A stretch of 64,000 nt of DNA from Halovenus sp. (GCA_003551945.1 PUNZ01000158.1:4354-68353); one strand, 5' to 3'; shown: positions 1 to 11,007, numbered from the stretch's first letter. Notes: a model not told the origin generated them from the letters alone. Numbers and translations: made by a program.

Positions 1-77
1 GTTGCCACAACAGCCATTACAGCAATGCCGATGATTGCCCCAACCAATGCAGACAGGATACGTTTGATAAGCGCCAT
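1..77 (-). CDS. 5' part of a membrane protein running off the window edge
   Basis: ATG at 77 on minus strand reads MALIKRILSALVGAIIGIAVMAVVA, a hydrophobic N-terminus; open to the window edge. Confidence 0.55.
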   Translation of the reverse strand, partial: MALIKRILSALVGAIIGIAVMAVVA

Positions 78-230
78 AACTGCGTTTTACGGCCCTCGCT
101 TGTACTTCTTTTCAGTTGGGTTGGCCAGGTAGGAGCAGCCGCCAAACCACCAGAGAGTAAGCGAACACATACCGTACCAAAGGACGGCGGAAACACAATC
201 CTTAAACGGAGACCTTTGTTACATTTCGGT

Positions 231-305
231 AGCGGGATGGGATAGCCAGGAGATTCCGGCGGGCTCATAACCCGCAGACCGGTGGTTCAAATCCACCTCC
301 CGCTA
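231..305 (+). tRNA. tRNA-Met (CAT), initiator type
   Basis: AGCGGGA...TCCCGCT acceptor stem with A1:T72 pair, anticodon arm GCGGG-CTCATAA-CCCGC, T-arm GGTGG-TTCAAAT-CCACC; TATA-like CTTAAA at 201-206. Confidence 0.97.
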
Positions 306-400
306 TGTTTTGTCGAGAACCAAAATGTGAGCAGCAACGCTACATTGGATTTGAACGAAAGAACGAGCGAGCAGAGCGAGTGACGGTCACGGAGGAGACA
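306..400 (+). repeat. tRNA-downstream degenerate element (inverted T-loop copy plus GAGC-rich core)
   Basis: TGGATTTGAAC at ~346-356 is the reverse complement of the tRNA's GTTCAAATCCA; followed by GAACGAGCGAGCAGAGCGAGTGA. Confidence 0.55.
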
Positions 401-443
401 TGGTAGTCGATAAGCTATTTTATCCATAGTGCGAATAGCGGCT

Positions 444-647
444 ATGAGTAAGACACTCCCAGTTTCCGGCATGGCCTGTGGTGGGTGCGAAGAGAACGTA
501 GAGGAGGCACTGATGGCACTCAATGGTATCGAATCGGTCGATGCTGACCACGAATCAGATACCGTTACCGTGAGAGTTGACGATGGTGTCTCCGACGACG
601 ACCTTGTAGGCGCAATCGAATCAGCAGGCTACGAAGTGACGAGCTAA
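444..647 (+). CDS. copZ: Heavy-metal-associated (HMA) copper chaperone
   Basis: GMACGGC metal-binding motif, AGY near the C-terminus, 67 aa. Confidence 0.9.
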   Translation: MSKTLPVSGMACGGCEENVEEALMALNGIESVDADHESDTVTVRVDDGVSDDDLVGAIESAGYEVTS

Positions 648-648
648 C

Positions 649-1365
649 ATGAGTGGCGCATGGGTCAGCCTTTTTTCGGGCGGAAAAGATTCTTCTTGGG
701 CACTCTATCAAGCGTTAGAACAAGGGCTGCAAGTTGAGCGTTTACTCACCGTCCATCCGGAGGGAGACTCGTATATGTACCATGTTCCGGCAACGGATCT
801 AGCAACACTTGCTGCAGAGAGTATTGGCATCGAGCTTATCAACGTCCGGCCGGAAGACTTTGACACCGAAGTCGTTACAGATGTTGGACAGCAGGGGGAC
901 ACGGAAATCAAGCCCCTTGAAGCTGCACTCACTGAACTTGCCGCAACCCTGCCAAATGGACTTGCAGGTGTGACAGCAGGTGCTGTTGAAAGTGCGTTCC
1001 AGTATGACCGCGTCAGTGCAATGGCTGACCGACTCGGGATAGAGGTGTTTGCACCAATGTGGCAACAGGACCCAGAAGCGCTCGTCACGGCTATGCTCGA
1101 CGCTGGGTTCGAAATACGAATTATCCAAGTCGCTGCAGCAGGCCTTGACGAGTCCTGGCTCGGACGGCAATTAGACGCGGACGCACTAACGGAATTACAG
1201 GCACTTCATGACCGGTATGGCGTCCATATCCTCGGTGAAGGCGGCGAGTTCGAGACGCTCGTCACGGATGGACCGCATATGAGCCAGCCAATCAAGCTAG
1301 ACGGTCAGCCAGAGTGGGAGGGAACCAGAGGCGTCTATCAGATAGAAGATGCGTGGCTTGACTGA
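649..1365 (+). CDS. dph6: Diphthine--ammonia ligase
   Basis: PP-loop SGGKDS, SYMYH and GEGGEFET motifs. Confidence 0.92.
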   Translation: MSGAWVSLFSGGKDSSWALYQALEQGLQVERLLTVHPEGDSYMYHVPATDLATLAAESIGIELINVRPEDFDTEVVTDVGQQGDTEIKPLEAALTELAATLPNGLAGVTAGAVESAFQYDRVSAMADRLGIEVFAPMWQQDPEALVTAMLDAGFEIRIIQVAAAGLDESWLGRQLDADALTELQALHDRYGVHILGEGGEFETLVTDGPHMSQPIKLDGQPEWEGTRGVYQIEDAWLD

Positions 1366-1383
1366 GAGCGGTGAGTACGACCA

Positions 1384-2187
1384 CTAATGGCCGCCCAGTC
1401 CTGGTGCATCAAGCGGGTCCCAAAACGGGAGGTGAGGATGCGGGATATGATATCCGAGCAGCATGAGGCCGTGTGCGAAGAGGATATACCCCAAGACGAC
1501 GAACGCAATACCTAGGATTCTGTGAAGTCGCTGTCGATGAGCTGCATCAACGCTGTCGATGACAGTACCGTATATGAAGACCGCCGGAATGGTCCCGAGT
1601 CCGAGTGCAGCAAGGGCGGTTCCTCCCGCAATGGGGGAACCGGTCGTGAAGGCAAAGAAGTATGCAGGGTACAGGATTGGACATGGCAATAGCGCATGAA
1701 CGGAACCGAGGCCGACAATCCCTGGTCCACTTGCAAGTCGCTCAACCCAGCTTGTGAGCCACGTTGTAACGTATTGCGTACCGGGGAGATGAACGCCAAA
1801 CGAAATACGCCCAATAATATACTGGATGCCAATTACGACGATTGCACCGCCAATTGCCGCGCCGACGACGCCCATAATCACATCTGCCATCGCGGTTAGC
1901 TCTTGCGTACTCACGACGAACGCCCAACCAATCGTTCCCATAACAACACCAACAAGGGTATAGCCAAGGGTCCGACCTACGTTAAAGAGCATATGCTGAC
2001 GGACTTCGAACGGGGTCAGATGTGAGCCACGTTTCTCTTGTCGATATCCGCCATCGGGCCGAGTATCGGTCATTCGACTGGCATAGATGGTTACAAGCGG
2101 GCCACACATACCGATGCAGTGGGCACCACCGAGTAAGCCAATCACGAAAAACAAGATGATGTCCGTTCCAAGGAATGCTGTTGGCAT
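1384..2187 (-). CDS. Sulfite exporter TauE/SafE-like (DsbD_2-type) membrane protein
   Basis: HCIGMCGP and LLPCP motifs, multiple TM segments, His-rich tail. Confidence 0.85.
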   Translation of the reverse strand: MPTAFLGTDIILFFVIGLLGGAHCIGMCGPLVTIYASRMTDTRPDGGYRQEKRGSHLTPFEVRQHMLFNVGRTLGYTLVGVVMGTIGWAFVVSTQELTAMADVIMGVVGAAIGGAIVVIGIQYIIGRISFGVHLPGTQYVTTWLTSWVERLASGPGIVGLGSVHALLPCPILYPAYFFAFTTGSPIAGGTALAALGLGTIPAVFIYGTVIDSVDAAHRQRLHRILGIAFVVLGYILFAHGLMLLGYHIPHPHLPFWDPLDAPGLGGH

Positions 2188-2281
2188 AGGTGAAAGGGTG
2201 CTGGGCTCTAATGTCCTCTAAGGGATGACACGGTGATATGACCGTTGGTTCAATTGACTAATCACGGTTGTGCCGAATATA

Positions 2282-2746
2282 TTACTCCAGGTTCTCTCCT
2301 TGGTAACTACCATCATATGCTCCATCGTGTCCTGCCTCCGCCAACACGATTTGTGCAATTCGCGCACCGGGTTCAAGCGTAATCTCGTGGTGGACCTGGA
2401 GCAATCCTTCTCCTCGACCCTCATACCCAGCGTCCCACACGGCCGTGTTGAGCATACACGAATTTCGAAGGAGCGACGACCGAGGATAGAGAAAGCCAAC
2501 GTGACCCTCAGGAATGCGTATCACTTCACCGTATTGTACGATGTAGCCACCAGGAGAAAGGTGATACTCGCCGTTGGCAGTCTCAATTTCACGGCGCTCA
2601 CCGACTGTTTTTCCGTCGCGTTCGATCCGTCCGGGAGCGGTTTGCTCGAAGACAGTGTCGAGGGTGAGGTCAACGCCGTTTGGCTGTGGCTGGTCACTGC
2701 GGAGCTCTCCAAGGTGGTCGGCGACAAACTGGCCGCTACGAAACAT
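2282..2746 (-). CDS. Trimeric dUTPase / dCTP deaminase family protein
   Basis: QPNGVDL, PRSSLLR, WDAGYEG and RIAQ motifs; start set at MFRSG. Confidence 0.88.
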   Translation of the reverse strand: MFRSGQFVADHLGELRSDQPQPNGVDLTLDTVFEQTAPGRIERDGKTVGERREIETANGEYHLSPGGYIVQYGEVIRIPEGHVGFLYPRSSLLRNSCMLNTAVWDAGYEGRGEGLLQVHHEITLEPGARIAQIVLAEAGHDGAYDGSYQGENLE

Positions 2747-2925
2747 ACGCATGGTTCGAACCAGCGGGGACAAGTGGGTACCGATTCGGACGGCAGACAC
2801 GACACAAAAAGGGGATAATAACTGTTGAGGGATGCCATAAGATACCACTCAAGCCCACTGCGCGTACGGGGAAAAACAACCTTACACGAGGGTTTATTGA
2901 GTTAGCGAACGGAAACTAGTGTACT

Positions 2926-4896
2926 ATGGGAGAGACTGTCACAGAGAAAATCCTCAACGACCACCTTGTTGACGGAGAGTTAGAGCCCGGCGAGGAGATC
3001 GGTATCGAGATTGACCAAGTGCTGACACAGGATACGACTGGAACGCTGGTGTGGCTCCAGTTCGAAGCACTCGGGCTGAATGAGGTTCAGACAGAGCTTG
3101 CAGCCCAATACTGTGACCACCAGACCTACCAGTTTGACTTTAAAAACACGGATGACCACCGGTTCCTTCGCTCAGCCGCAGGCACCTTTGGTGCGTATTT
3201 CTCGCGGCCGGGTAACGGAATCTGTCACAACGTCCATCGGGAAAACTTTGCAGCTCCCGGAAAGACACTCCTCGGGTCCGACTCCCACACGCCAACGCCA
3301 GGTGGCCTTGGTCAGTTGGCAATTGGCTCGGGCGGACTCGATGTCTCGGTAGCGATGGGTGGTGGTGCCTACTACGTTGAAATGCCTGAAATCGTCAGCG
3401 TGAGACTGGAAGGCGAACTCGACGAGTGGACAACGGCAAAGGATGTCATCCTTGAAATGCTCCGGCGACTCAGCGTCAAAGGCGGCGTTGGCAAAATCTT
3501 TGAGTTCACCGGCCCCGGTGTTGAAACGCTCTCCGCACCGGAGCGAATGACAATTACGAACATGGGGACAGAGCTAGGTGCTACATCGAGCATTTTCCCA
3601 ACTGATGAGCGGACAAAAGAATACCTCGAACGCGTCGGTCGCGAGGACGAATACGTCGAACTGCAACCCGATGACGACGCGGAGTACCACGACGAAATTA
3701 CTATCGATCTTTCGGACCTCGAACCGCTCATCGCTGAGCCCTCGATGCCCGATAATGTCGTTCCGGTTCGGGAAGCAGCAGGTGTGGAAGTTGAACAGGT
3801 AATTATCGGTTCCTGTACGAACGGCGGGTACGAAGATATCCTTCCCGCAGCGAAAATGTTGGAAGACCGCGCAGTCAATCTCACGACTGAGATGATTGTT
3901 GCCCCCGGTTCAAAAAAGGCAAGCGAAATGCTGGCTCGCCAAGGCTGGACGGCCGAAATGATGGCCGCAGGTGTCAACTTCTCGGAGGCAACCTGTGGTG
4001 CCTGTATCGGTATTGGTCACGTCCCCGGAAGCGACTCAGTGAGTCTGCGAACGTTTAACAGAAACTTCGAAGGGCGCTCCGGTATCGAAGACGACAACGT
4101 CTATCTCTGCTCACCGGAAGTCGCCGCTGCGGCCGCGCTCAAAGGAGAAATTATCGACCCGCGTGACCTCGCAGACGAACTTGATAGGTTGGAAGCACCC
4201 GGATTCGAGCTCCCAGAGGAATATGAAGGCGCAGAAAACGACATCATCACTCCGGATGCACCCGTCGATGATGGTCTTGTGAAAGGGCCGAACATCGGTG
4301 ATGTTCCGTTGAAAGACCCGCTTGACGCCACGCTCAAAGGCGAAGCCTTACTGAAAATGGAAGATAACATCACGACCGACCACATCATCCCTGCCACACA
4401 GGATATCTTGATGTATCGGTCAAACATCCCGAAACTCAGCGAGTTCACGCTCTCTCGAGTTGATGAAACGTTTGCACAGCGGGCGCTCGAATCTGACGGT
4501 GGGTTCCTCGTAGCGGGTGAAAATTACGGACAGGGCTCCTCACGAGAGCATGCAGCGCTCTGTCCAATGTATCTCGGCGTTGAGGGAGTGCTTGCACAGA
4601 GCTTTGCGCGAATTCACCGCGCGAACCTGTTCAATTTCGGGCTTTTGCCGCTTGAGATTGAAGAAGAAACGTATCTCAACATCGAGCAAGGTGACGATAT
4701 CGAGATTGTTGATAACGTCGCTGAGGCTGTCGAGTCCGGTCAAGAGGAGTTCACGATTCGGATTAACGACGACTGGGAAGCAACTGGATTGCTGAAAGCC
4801 AGCGCCCGCGAGCGCGAGATTCTCGCTGCTGGTGGGAAACTCCCACATGTCCGTGCACAGTATGAGGAAGGCGGGGCTGCCCCGGCAGACGACTGA
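2926..4896 (+). CDS. acnA: Aconitate hydratase
   Basis: DSHT, GSCTN, CGACIG Fe-S ligands, TTDHI and GQGSSREHA motifs. Confidence 0.96.
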   Translation: MGETVTEKILNDHLVDGELEPGEEIGIEIDQVLTQDTTGTLVWLQFEALGLNEVQTELAAQYCDHQTYQFDFKNTDDHRFLRSAAGTFGAYFSRPGNGICHNVHRENFAAPGKTLLGSDSHTPTPGGLGQLAIGSGGLDVSVAMGGGAYYVEMPEIVSVRLEGELDEWTTAKDVILEMLRRLSVKGGVGKIFEFTGPGVETLSAPERMTITNMGTELGATSSIFPTDERTKEYLERVGREDEYVELQPDDDAEYHDEITIDLSDLEPLIAEPSMPDNVVPVREAAGVEVEQVIIGSCTNGGYEDILPAAKMLEDRAVNLTTEMIVAPGSKKASEMLARQGWTAEMMAAGVNFSEATCGACIGIGHVPGSDSVSLRTFNRNFEGRSGIEDDNVYLCSPEVAAAAALKGEIIDPRDLADELDRLEAPGFELPEEYEGAENDIITPDAPVDDGLVKGPNIGDVPLKDPLDATLKGEALLKMEDNITTDHIIPATQDILMYRSNIPKLSEFTLSRVDETFAQRALESDGGFLVAGENYGQGSSREHAALCPMYLGVEGVLAQSFARIHRANLFNFGLLPLEIEEETYLNIEQGDDIEIVDNVAEAVESGQEEFTIRINDDWEATGLLKASAREREILAAGGKLPHVRAQYEEGGAAPADD

Positions 4897-4990
4897 GCGA
4901 ATCAAGACTTCCGTTGGGCGTACCACGCAGTACACGACCCGCACTCAGACATCGCATCCTATTTCTTACCGGGAAGCCACCACCAAGGTA

Positions 4991-6328
4991 ATGCGACAAG
5001 CCCAGCCAGTCGAACGCGCCGTCGGGATCGAGTATTATGTGAGCGACACTGACGGGACTGGCGGACGACTCCGTGACTCACCGGGCGATTTCAGCGTTGA
5101 AGAGCTAGAGGCGTTCGAGACACAGCCAGTCGATGCCGATACGGGCGATTATCCACATCTCGTCATTCGTGTCACGCTTGATAACTGGGACACAAACGAT
5201 TTTGCCAACACGCTATCAAACCACCTTGGCATCTCTCGAGAACGTATCTCATGGGCAGGAACAAAAGACAAACGAGCCATCACCACGCAGTTGTTTTCGA
5301 TAGATAGGGGGCAACCCGAGGAACTACCTGAGTTCGGGGGCGTTGAGTATGAGATGCTGGGTCGGGCTGGCCGCCCAATCTTGTTTGGAGACCTTGCTGG
5401 AAACCGGTTTAGACTCGTCGTCAGAGAGGTAGACCGACCATCTATCGTTGAGGAGACAGTCACACAGCTGCAAGACTTTGCCGGCGATGGAGAAGGTGAG
5501 CTCAGTGATATGGTCGGCGTCCCCAACTACTTTGGACAACAGCGCTTCGGAAGCAGACGGCCGGTCACCCATACGGTCGGTCTTGCTATCATCCAGGAAA
5601 ACTGGGAAGAAGCAGTGATGCAGTATGTTGGAAACCCATCAGAGCGAGAGCCCGAAGAAACCCAGGCTGCACGAACGCTCGTCGAGGAGACCAGAGAGTG
5701 GCAAGCGGCCCTCACTGAGTTTCCACAGCATCTTCGCTACGAGCGGTCGATGCTTCATCGACTGGTTGAAGGCGATGGGACAGAAGCGGATTATCGCGCA
5801 GCGCTTGAGACACTGCCGAGCAACCTCCAGCGACTGTTCGTCAACGCCGCACAGTCGTATATCTTCAACCGAATTCTCTCTCGCCGACTGGAAGCAGGGC
5901 TACCGTTTGACCGCCCCGTTCCGGGAGATATCGTGTGCTTTGCTGACCGTAAGGGGCCTGAAGGAGTACTACTGCCAGATACTGACCGCCTCCAACAGGT
6001 CACAGAAAAACGAGTATCTTCCGTAGAGCGACACTGTGCTCGTGGGCGCGCATTCGTTACTGCGCCGCTGGTTGGGACTGAGACAGAATTTGCAGAGGGC
6101 GAACCTGGCGAGATAACCAAAGCAGTGCTCGAAGAGTTGAATGTCCAGCCGGCTGATTTTTCATTGCCCGGGGAGTTTGACTCGACCGGTACCCGTCGAG
6201 CCATTCTGCTTCGAACAGCCGTCGATATTGAACAGGAACCGCTTACGCTCTCGTTTTCCCTTCCGAAGGGGTCGTATGCCACGGTGGTCCTCCGGGAGTT
6301 TCTCAAGACCGACCCCGCAGCACTGTAA
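4991..6328 (+). CDS. truD: tRNA pseudouridine(13) synthase
   Basis: [20 protein letters not shown] and [10 protein letters not shown] motifs; ATG at 4991. Confidence 0.96.
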   Translation: MRQAQPVERAVGIEYYVSDTDGTGGRLRDSPGDFSVEELEAFETQPVDADTGDYPHLVIRVTLDNWDTNDFANTLSNHLGISRERISWAGTKDKRAITTQLFSIDRGQPEELPEFGGVEYEMLGRAGRPILFGDLAGNRFRLVVREVDRPSIVEETVTQLQDFAGDGEGELSDMVGVPNYFGQQRFGSRRPVTHTVGLAIIQENWEEAVMQYVGNPSEREPEETQAARTLVEETREWQAALTEFPQHLRYERSMLHRLVEGDGTEADYRAALETLPSNLQRLFVNAAQSYIFNRILSRRLEAGLPFDRPVPGDIVCFADRKGPEGVLLPDTDRLQQVTEKRVSSVERHCARGRAFVTAPLVGTETEFAEGEPGEITKAVLEELNVQPADFSLPGEFDSTGTRRAILLRTAVDIEQEPLTLSFSLPKGSYATVVLREFLKTDPAAL

Positions 6329-6388
6329 GAGCGGAAATCCCTGTAATTCAAGCGCTTTCCATCCCGACTGGATAGCGGAGGCGCAGGT

Positions 6389-7783
6389 GTGGCAGTAGAC
6401 CGCGGTCGGCTGTTTGCGCTCTGGCGGCGAGTGGCATCCCTCTCCTGGCCAGTAATGGTCGAACAGGTTTCTCGGACGCTGATGCGGACAACCGATATTT
6501 TTGTCACTGCGTTATTTTCACCGCTTGCGGTTGCGGCAATCGGACTGGCTGACCTGTACGCCCGCTTGCCGTTACGGATTGGACTTGGGCTTGGAGCAGG
6601 CGCGATTGCACTATCGAGTCAGGATACTGGAAGTGGTGCCACAACAAATCGAGATGAAGCTATTACCCAAGCAATACTCATCGGAGCGATTGCAGGGATT
6701 CCGTTCATGATTTTTGGCTACTTTTTGGGAGAAGAGGCGGTAGCTATCCTGGGTATCTGGGCGGATGAAGACCAGATGGCAGAGGTAGCGGCACTTGGTG
6801 GCATTTACCTAGCAATTATCTTCGCAACGTCACCCGCACGCCACGTTGCACTCATTGCCGCACGAGCGATGCAAGGGACCGGCGATACCCGGACACCAAT
6901 GTATATCAACCTCGTTGCGAACGCAATGAACATTATCCTCTCAATAGTGTTGGGGTTGGGATTACTTGGCGCTCCACGAATGGAAATCGTTGGTGTCGGC
7001 ATCGCAACAGCGGTTGGGAACGTCTTTGCCGCTTCGGTCCTCGTGGTAGCGATTGCATCACCCTATACAGATGCTGGATTCGTTATCCCCCGTCGGTTGA
7101 TTATCGCAAAACAGCTCCTCGTCGTCTCGGCACCGAAAGTTATCGAGGGACTGGTGGCGACAGTGATCGAGTTTCCGTTCAATTCACTCCTCTTGGCGTT
7201 CAGCGCTGAGGTCAACGCCGGATATCAGATTGGACGGCGTGTCTATCAACAAGTGAGCAGTCCGCTCTCACGAGGCCTCTCCGTCGGAGCCAGTATCGTT
7301 GTCGGGCAGGCGCTCGGCGCAGGTGATGCAAGCGAAGCACGGTTCAACGGCTGGGCAACAGCAGCCTTCGGCGTCCTGACCGTCGGCACCGTCGGAATTC
7401 TGCTCGCTGTATTCGCAGAGCCACTTGCAAGCCTGTTTACCGATGATCCAGAAACACTCTCAGCAGCGATTGGATTTGCAATCACCTATGGACTTGTCGC
7501 CCCGTTTACGGTCCTCTATGTCTCGATTTCTGGCTCACTGCAGGGTGGAAGCGATACACGAACGCCATTTATTGCGCGAACCACTGGATTACTCGTCTTC
7601 TATCTTGGCTTTTCGTACCTGGCAAGCATCGTCCTCGGCTTCGGGCTACTTGGCGTCTACGTGGGAGTCTTTCTCTACTATGTTTCTGCGACGGCGATTG
7701 TCGCCGTCGGCTTCCAGTACGGTGGCTGGGCCGCTCGGGCGACTGCAATGATGGCCGACAGAGGAAGTACCAGTTCGTCCTGA
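6389..7783 (+). CDS. MATE family efflux transporter
   Basis: About 12 TM segments, two G(D/S)TRTP repeats typical of MATE. Confidence 0.92.
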   Translation: MAVDRGRLFALWRRVASLSWPVMVEQVSRTLMRTTDIFVTALFSPLAVAAIGLADLYARLPLRIGLGLGAGAIALSSQDTGSGATTNRDEAITQAILIGAIAGIPFMIFGYFLGEEAVAILGIWADEDQMAEVAALGGIYLAIIFATSPARHVALIAARAMQGTGDTRTPMYINLVANAMNIILSIVLGLGLLGAPRMEIVGVGIATAVGNVFAASVLVVAIASPYTDAGFVIPRRLIIAKQLLVVSAPKVIEGLVATVIEFPFNSLLLAFSAEVNAGYQIGRRVYQQVSSPLSRGLSVGASIVVGQALGAGDASEARFNGWATAAFGVLTVGTVGILLAVFAEPLASLFTDDPETLSAAIGFAITYGLVAPFTVLYVSISGSLQGGSDTRTPFIARTTGLLVFYLGFSYLASIVLGFGLLGVYVGVFLYYVSATAIVAVGFQYGGWAARATAMMADRGSTSSS

Positions 7784-7849
7784 GAGAGCAGGTCGCTCTG
7801 GAAAAGCAAAAACATCGGCCTTATCGCAACGGAGACCTGCCTCACAAAC

Positions 7850-8572
7850 ATGACCTGTCAGCACTGTGGCTCGCCGCTTGACAGACCGGGCGATTACTGC
7901 CTGGTCTGTCGGCAGCCCAACGCTGACACTGTCGTCCTCGACCTCGGTCGAGAGCGTTCAACGATTACGACGCTTGACGATGACGACGTCCTTGCCGAGC
8001 GAACGGTAACCACAACCCCAGAAACGGATGACCGCCACGTCAGTGCAGAACTACGGTCGTATGCCGGTCAGATTGCCGATGACATTCGGCGAAAACGGCC
8101 GGATGAGGTGTACGCGACAGGCGATCGAGAAGTCTTACGAGAAGTCCGTTCACAGGTCCACTATTCCTTTTATCGCATTAACGGCGAGAACCCAGTTGAG
8201 GCAGTCATCGAGCGACGTGGGGAGCCAGCACTCGAAGTTGTGGAAGCCTCAGTTGCCGAAAAACTCGGCGGTACACACTCGACGCTTATTGGCGGTCGGA
8301 CCGGCCGAAAGGTGCTTGCACTGGTTGCAGAGCATCCGCACGTCAAGAAAATCATTCCCGGTCCAATCGACGCCGGCGGATCCGGCTCACGTACTGGGCT
8401 TCGAGCCAAAGTGACCCGCGCAGATGATAACGGCAACGTGCGGTTGCTCGTCAGAGATGGTTCAAGCGTGCAGGAAAACCGTGTTGTAACGACTGCCGGC
8501 AACCGGGAGCTTGGTGAGCGCGTCAGAGATGACATCAACGACGCACTCACAGACTCAGAGTTTCAGGACTAA
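7850..8572 (+). CDS. DUF2103-like metal-binding protein
   Basis: N-terminal CxxC...CxxC; C-terminal HSTLIGGR and KIIPGPI. Confidence 0.75.
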   Translation: MTCQHCGSPLDRPGDYCLVCRQPNADTVVLDLGRERSTITTLDDDDVLAERTVTTTPETDDRHVSAELRSYAGQIADDIRRKRPDEVYATGDREVLREVRSQVHYSFYRINGENPVEAVIERRGEPALEVVEASVAEKLGGTHSTLIGGRTGRKVLALVAEHPHVKKIIPGPIDAGGSGSRTGLRAKVTRADDNGNVRLLVRDGSSVQENRVVTTAGNRELGERVRDDINDALTDSEFQD

Positions 8573-8591
8573 AGACGAGGCGGAAACAAAC

Positions 8592-9227
8592 TCATTCCCA
8601 GAGGTCATCGAGTGTTCGGTTGCCCGCTGCACCTTCATTTAATACCGTTGGGTCAGGAGGTGCAGCATCAGCATAAAACGTCTGCTCGCGGAGCGCCGAA
8701 AGGTCCCTCGTGCCGGTCTTGTCTACTGGTTCATCATAGACCAGTGCGCTGCTCACGGGTTCAGGAAGGGGCGGTCGGGGGGCCTCTTCGTGTCGCTGGA
8801 CGGTCTCCGTTTTGTGTGTCGCGTCATGGGCAGCACGCATGACGGGTAACCCACGGAGATAATTGTACTCAGCAAGGAGTTCGACGCCAAATTGAGTGAA
8901 ACCCCAAAAGGCAGCCGGTATATCCCTCCGTTCAGCATTCGGCTCGTGGTGGTACCGAGTCACTATCTTGTGTTCAGCCAAATTGTCCAGTTGTTCGCTC
9001 ACTGTTGAACGACTTTTCGGGATGTAGTAATCAAACTCGGAGAGGGAAACAAGATGAGAGGGATGTCCAAGAATTACCTGTAAGATGGTATGTCGCGTTT
9101 CCTGTGAGAGATATCGCTGCACCGTTCGCTGGGTTTCGTATGGGGCAACATCATCGATATCGAAAACCTGCTCGATAGGTCCCGCCTCTGAGATGGCATG
9201 GCCAGGTGGGATATCTGGATGACTCAT
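8592..9227 (-). CDS. ArsR-like winged-helix regulator
   Basis: TRHTILQVIL...KSRSTVSEQLDNL HTH, wing ending FWGFTQFG. Confidence 0.75.
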   Translation of the reverse strand: MSHPDIPPGHAISEAGPIEQVFDIDDVAPYETQRTVQRYLSQETRHTILQVILGHPSHLVSLSEFDYYIPKSRSTVSEQLDNLAEHKIVTRYHHEPNAERRDIPAAFWGFTQFGVELLAEYNYLRGLPVMRAAHDATHKTETVQRHEEAPRPPLPEPVSSALVYDEPVDKTGTRDLSALREQTFYADAAPPDPTVLNEGAAGNRTLDDLWE

Positions 9228-9348
9228 CGTACGAGATGATACACTGTCACCACGCCTAAATGTTTCGGCCAGACCAAGACGGTTTTATCAAAATTTTCCG
9301 AAGTAGTCGATATCTATTTCAGGCCGTCTCACATAGACGCGTGCAGAG

Positions 9349-10158
9349 ATGGAATCTGGGGGTCGAACACAATACAGCCGGGTACACGCCGCACTTACCC
9401 GTTCACTTGCAGGGGTGACACTCACGAGAGAAGATTATACCGTAATCCGAAACTGGGTGAACGAAGAGTTACCGCAATTGCAGGCCACTGGATATACCTC
9501 CTATCTTGTCTTCGGCAGCTATCGGCGTGGCTATCACCGGTCGCTCAGAATTGCGCAGTACGAACTTGCGAAGGCGGTGACGAATACGGCTATCGTTCTC
9601 GGAGATACCCCACCGCTCGGGCTAACAATCGGGGAAGGGAGGACTGACCCATTGGAGTTTGAAATCAAGTTTCACCTGCTAACGGAGTTTACTGACAGAA
9701 ACGTTGCGATTTACGAGAAGGATTCCGGTGGTGAAGCAGTAGAGTTGGGGCTGCTTCGGCATGACCATTGCTTCGCAGAGACAGTTGTATTTCCACGCGA
9801 TTACTATGGCGTCGGTCAGCAAACATTCGATACCAAAGACGAAGTGTTCGAGGTGGCTCGTCATATCGCGTTTGCTGATGGAATTGACACAGCGCAACGG
9901 AAAGCCGAGTTACGAGGGTTGCTTGCAACAGCGCGTGACACTGGCATCGAGATAACAGAGCATGAACTGACGGTCTACCTCGAAGAAATGATGGCTGAAA
10001 GAGACGGAGAGAAGGCATCGTACAGCTGGGTTCATCTTGCGATATTTCGGCAATTTGAGGAAGCAGGTCGGTGCAGAACCTGGCACACAGAGCCTGACCT
10101 TCGAGAGACAGTCACAGAAATGGCACTCGACTGGCCAACCCACGGAGCGTCATTCTGA
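9349..10158 (+). CDS. Hypothetical protein, possible nucleoside 2-deoxyribosyltransferase/TIR-like fold
   Basis: YLVFGSY first strand and EKDSGGEAVELG motif resembling the NDT SxGTxxElG motif. Confidence 0.6.
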   Translation: MESGGRTQYSRVHAALTRSLAGVTLTREDYTVIRNWVNEELPQLQATGYTSYLVFGSYRRGYHRSLRIAQYELAKAVTNTAIVLGDTPPLGLTIGEGRTDPLEFEIKFHLLTEFTDRNVAIYEKDSGGEAVELGLLRHDHCFAETVVFPRDYYGVGQQTFDTKDEVFEVARHIAFADGIDTAQRKAELRGLLATARDTGIEITEHELTVYLEEMMAERDGEKASYSWVHLAIFRQFEEAGRCRTWHTEPDLRETVTEMALDWPTHGASF

Positions 10159-10225
10159 GAGAGCCCTGCCTAAGCACGGAGAGACTGGCCAAACAGCATA
10201 TACAACTCGCAACCTAACTACTGGT

Positions 10226-10930
10226 ATGGTCGTCTACGACCGGCGTGCCTCCACAGGTGGTGATATCGTTGGCCAATGGGACGATGCACTCTCGTGGATT
10301 GCTCATCCACACGAAGAAGGAAAACGGGCGAGCCATGCACTCAAAACAACCGAAGGTGTGTGGCTTATCGACCCTCTAGAGATGCCAGGCTTGACCGAAC
10401 GAGTCGATGAACTCGGCTCCGTTGCTGGCATCCTCGTGCTGTCATGTTGGCACGCACGTGACGCGGGACCACTTGCACGCCAGTATGACGTGGCAGTCCA
10501 CATTCCTGAGTGGATGAACCGAGTGGAATCACAGGTAGCCGCACCTATTGAGCGCTACACCTTTGCGCCGGGAACCGAAGCCGAGTTCCAGACCATTGCC
10601 TGTCGGCCGTTCCCTGGGTGGCAAGAGGTATTTCTGTATCACGAGCCGTCAGCAACGCTGGTGGTCCCAGATTCAATCGGCACCACCGAATACAATCGGA
10701 TAGGGAAAGAACGTGCGGGGCTCGAACTCTTCCGACGGTTACAGCCACCGAACGAACTCAGAGGATTGGAGCCAGAGCGACTGCTGGTTGGGCACGGACC
10801 ACCCATCGACCAAGGAGCCACCGCGGCCCTGAACCGAGCATTGGAGGATGCCAGAGGGTCGTTCCCGGACGCATTCAGAGCACATGGTATTGATTCAATC
10901 CGAATGTTCATCGACGCTATCCGAGAGTGA
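10226..10930 (+). CDS. Metallo-beta-lactamase-like fold hypothetical protein
   Basis: WLIDP, HARD and LLVGHG motifs; start set at MVVYD. Confidence 0.7.
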   Translation: MVVYDRRASTGGDIVGQWDDALSWIAHPHEEGKRASHALKTTEGVWLIDPLEMPGLTERVDELGSVAGILVLSCWHARDAGPLARQYDVAVHIPEWMNRVESQVAAPIERYTFAPGTEAEFQTIACRPFPGWQEVFLYHEPSATLVVPDSIGTTEYNRIGKERAGLELFRRLQPPNELRGLEPERLLVGHGPPIDQGATAALNRALEDARGSFPDAFRAHGIDSIRMFIDAIRE

Positions 10931-10977
10931 ACAAGTGAACCCAAAAAAACGGAAGCTGTCGACTCGGAAAGACCGAA

Positions 10978-10985
10978 CTTAAGTT
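10978..10985 (+). promoter_or_regulatory. TATA box of aspS (probably leaderless transcript)
   Basis: CTTAAGTT about 25-30 nt upstream of ATG 11008. Confidence 0.5.
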
Positions 10986-11007
10986 AGACCGGTCGGAATG
11001 AACCTGC

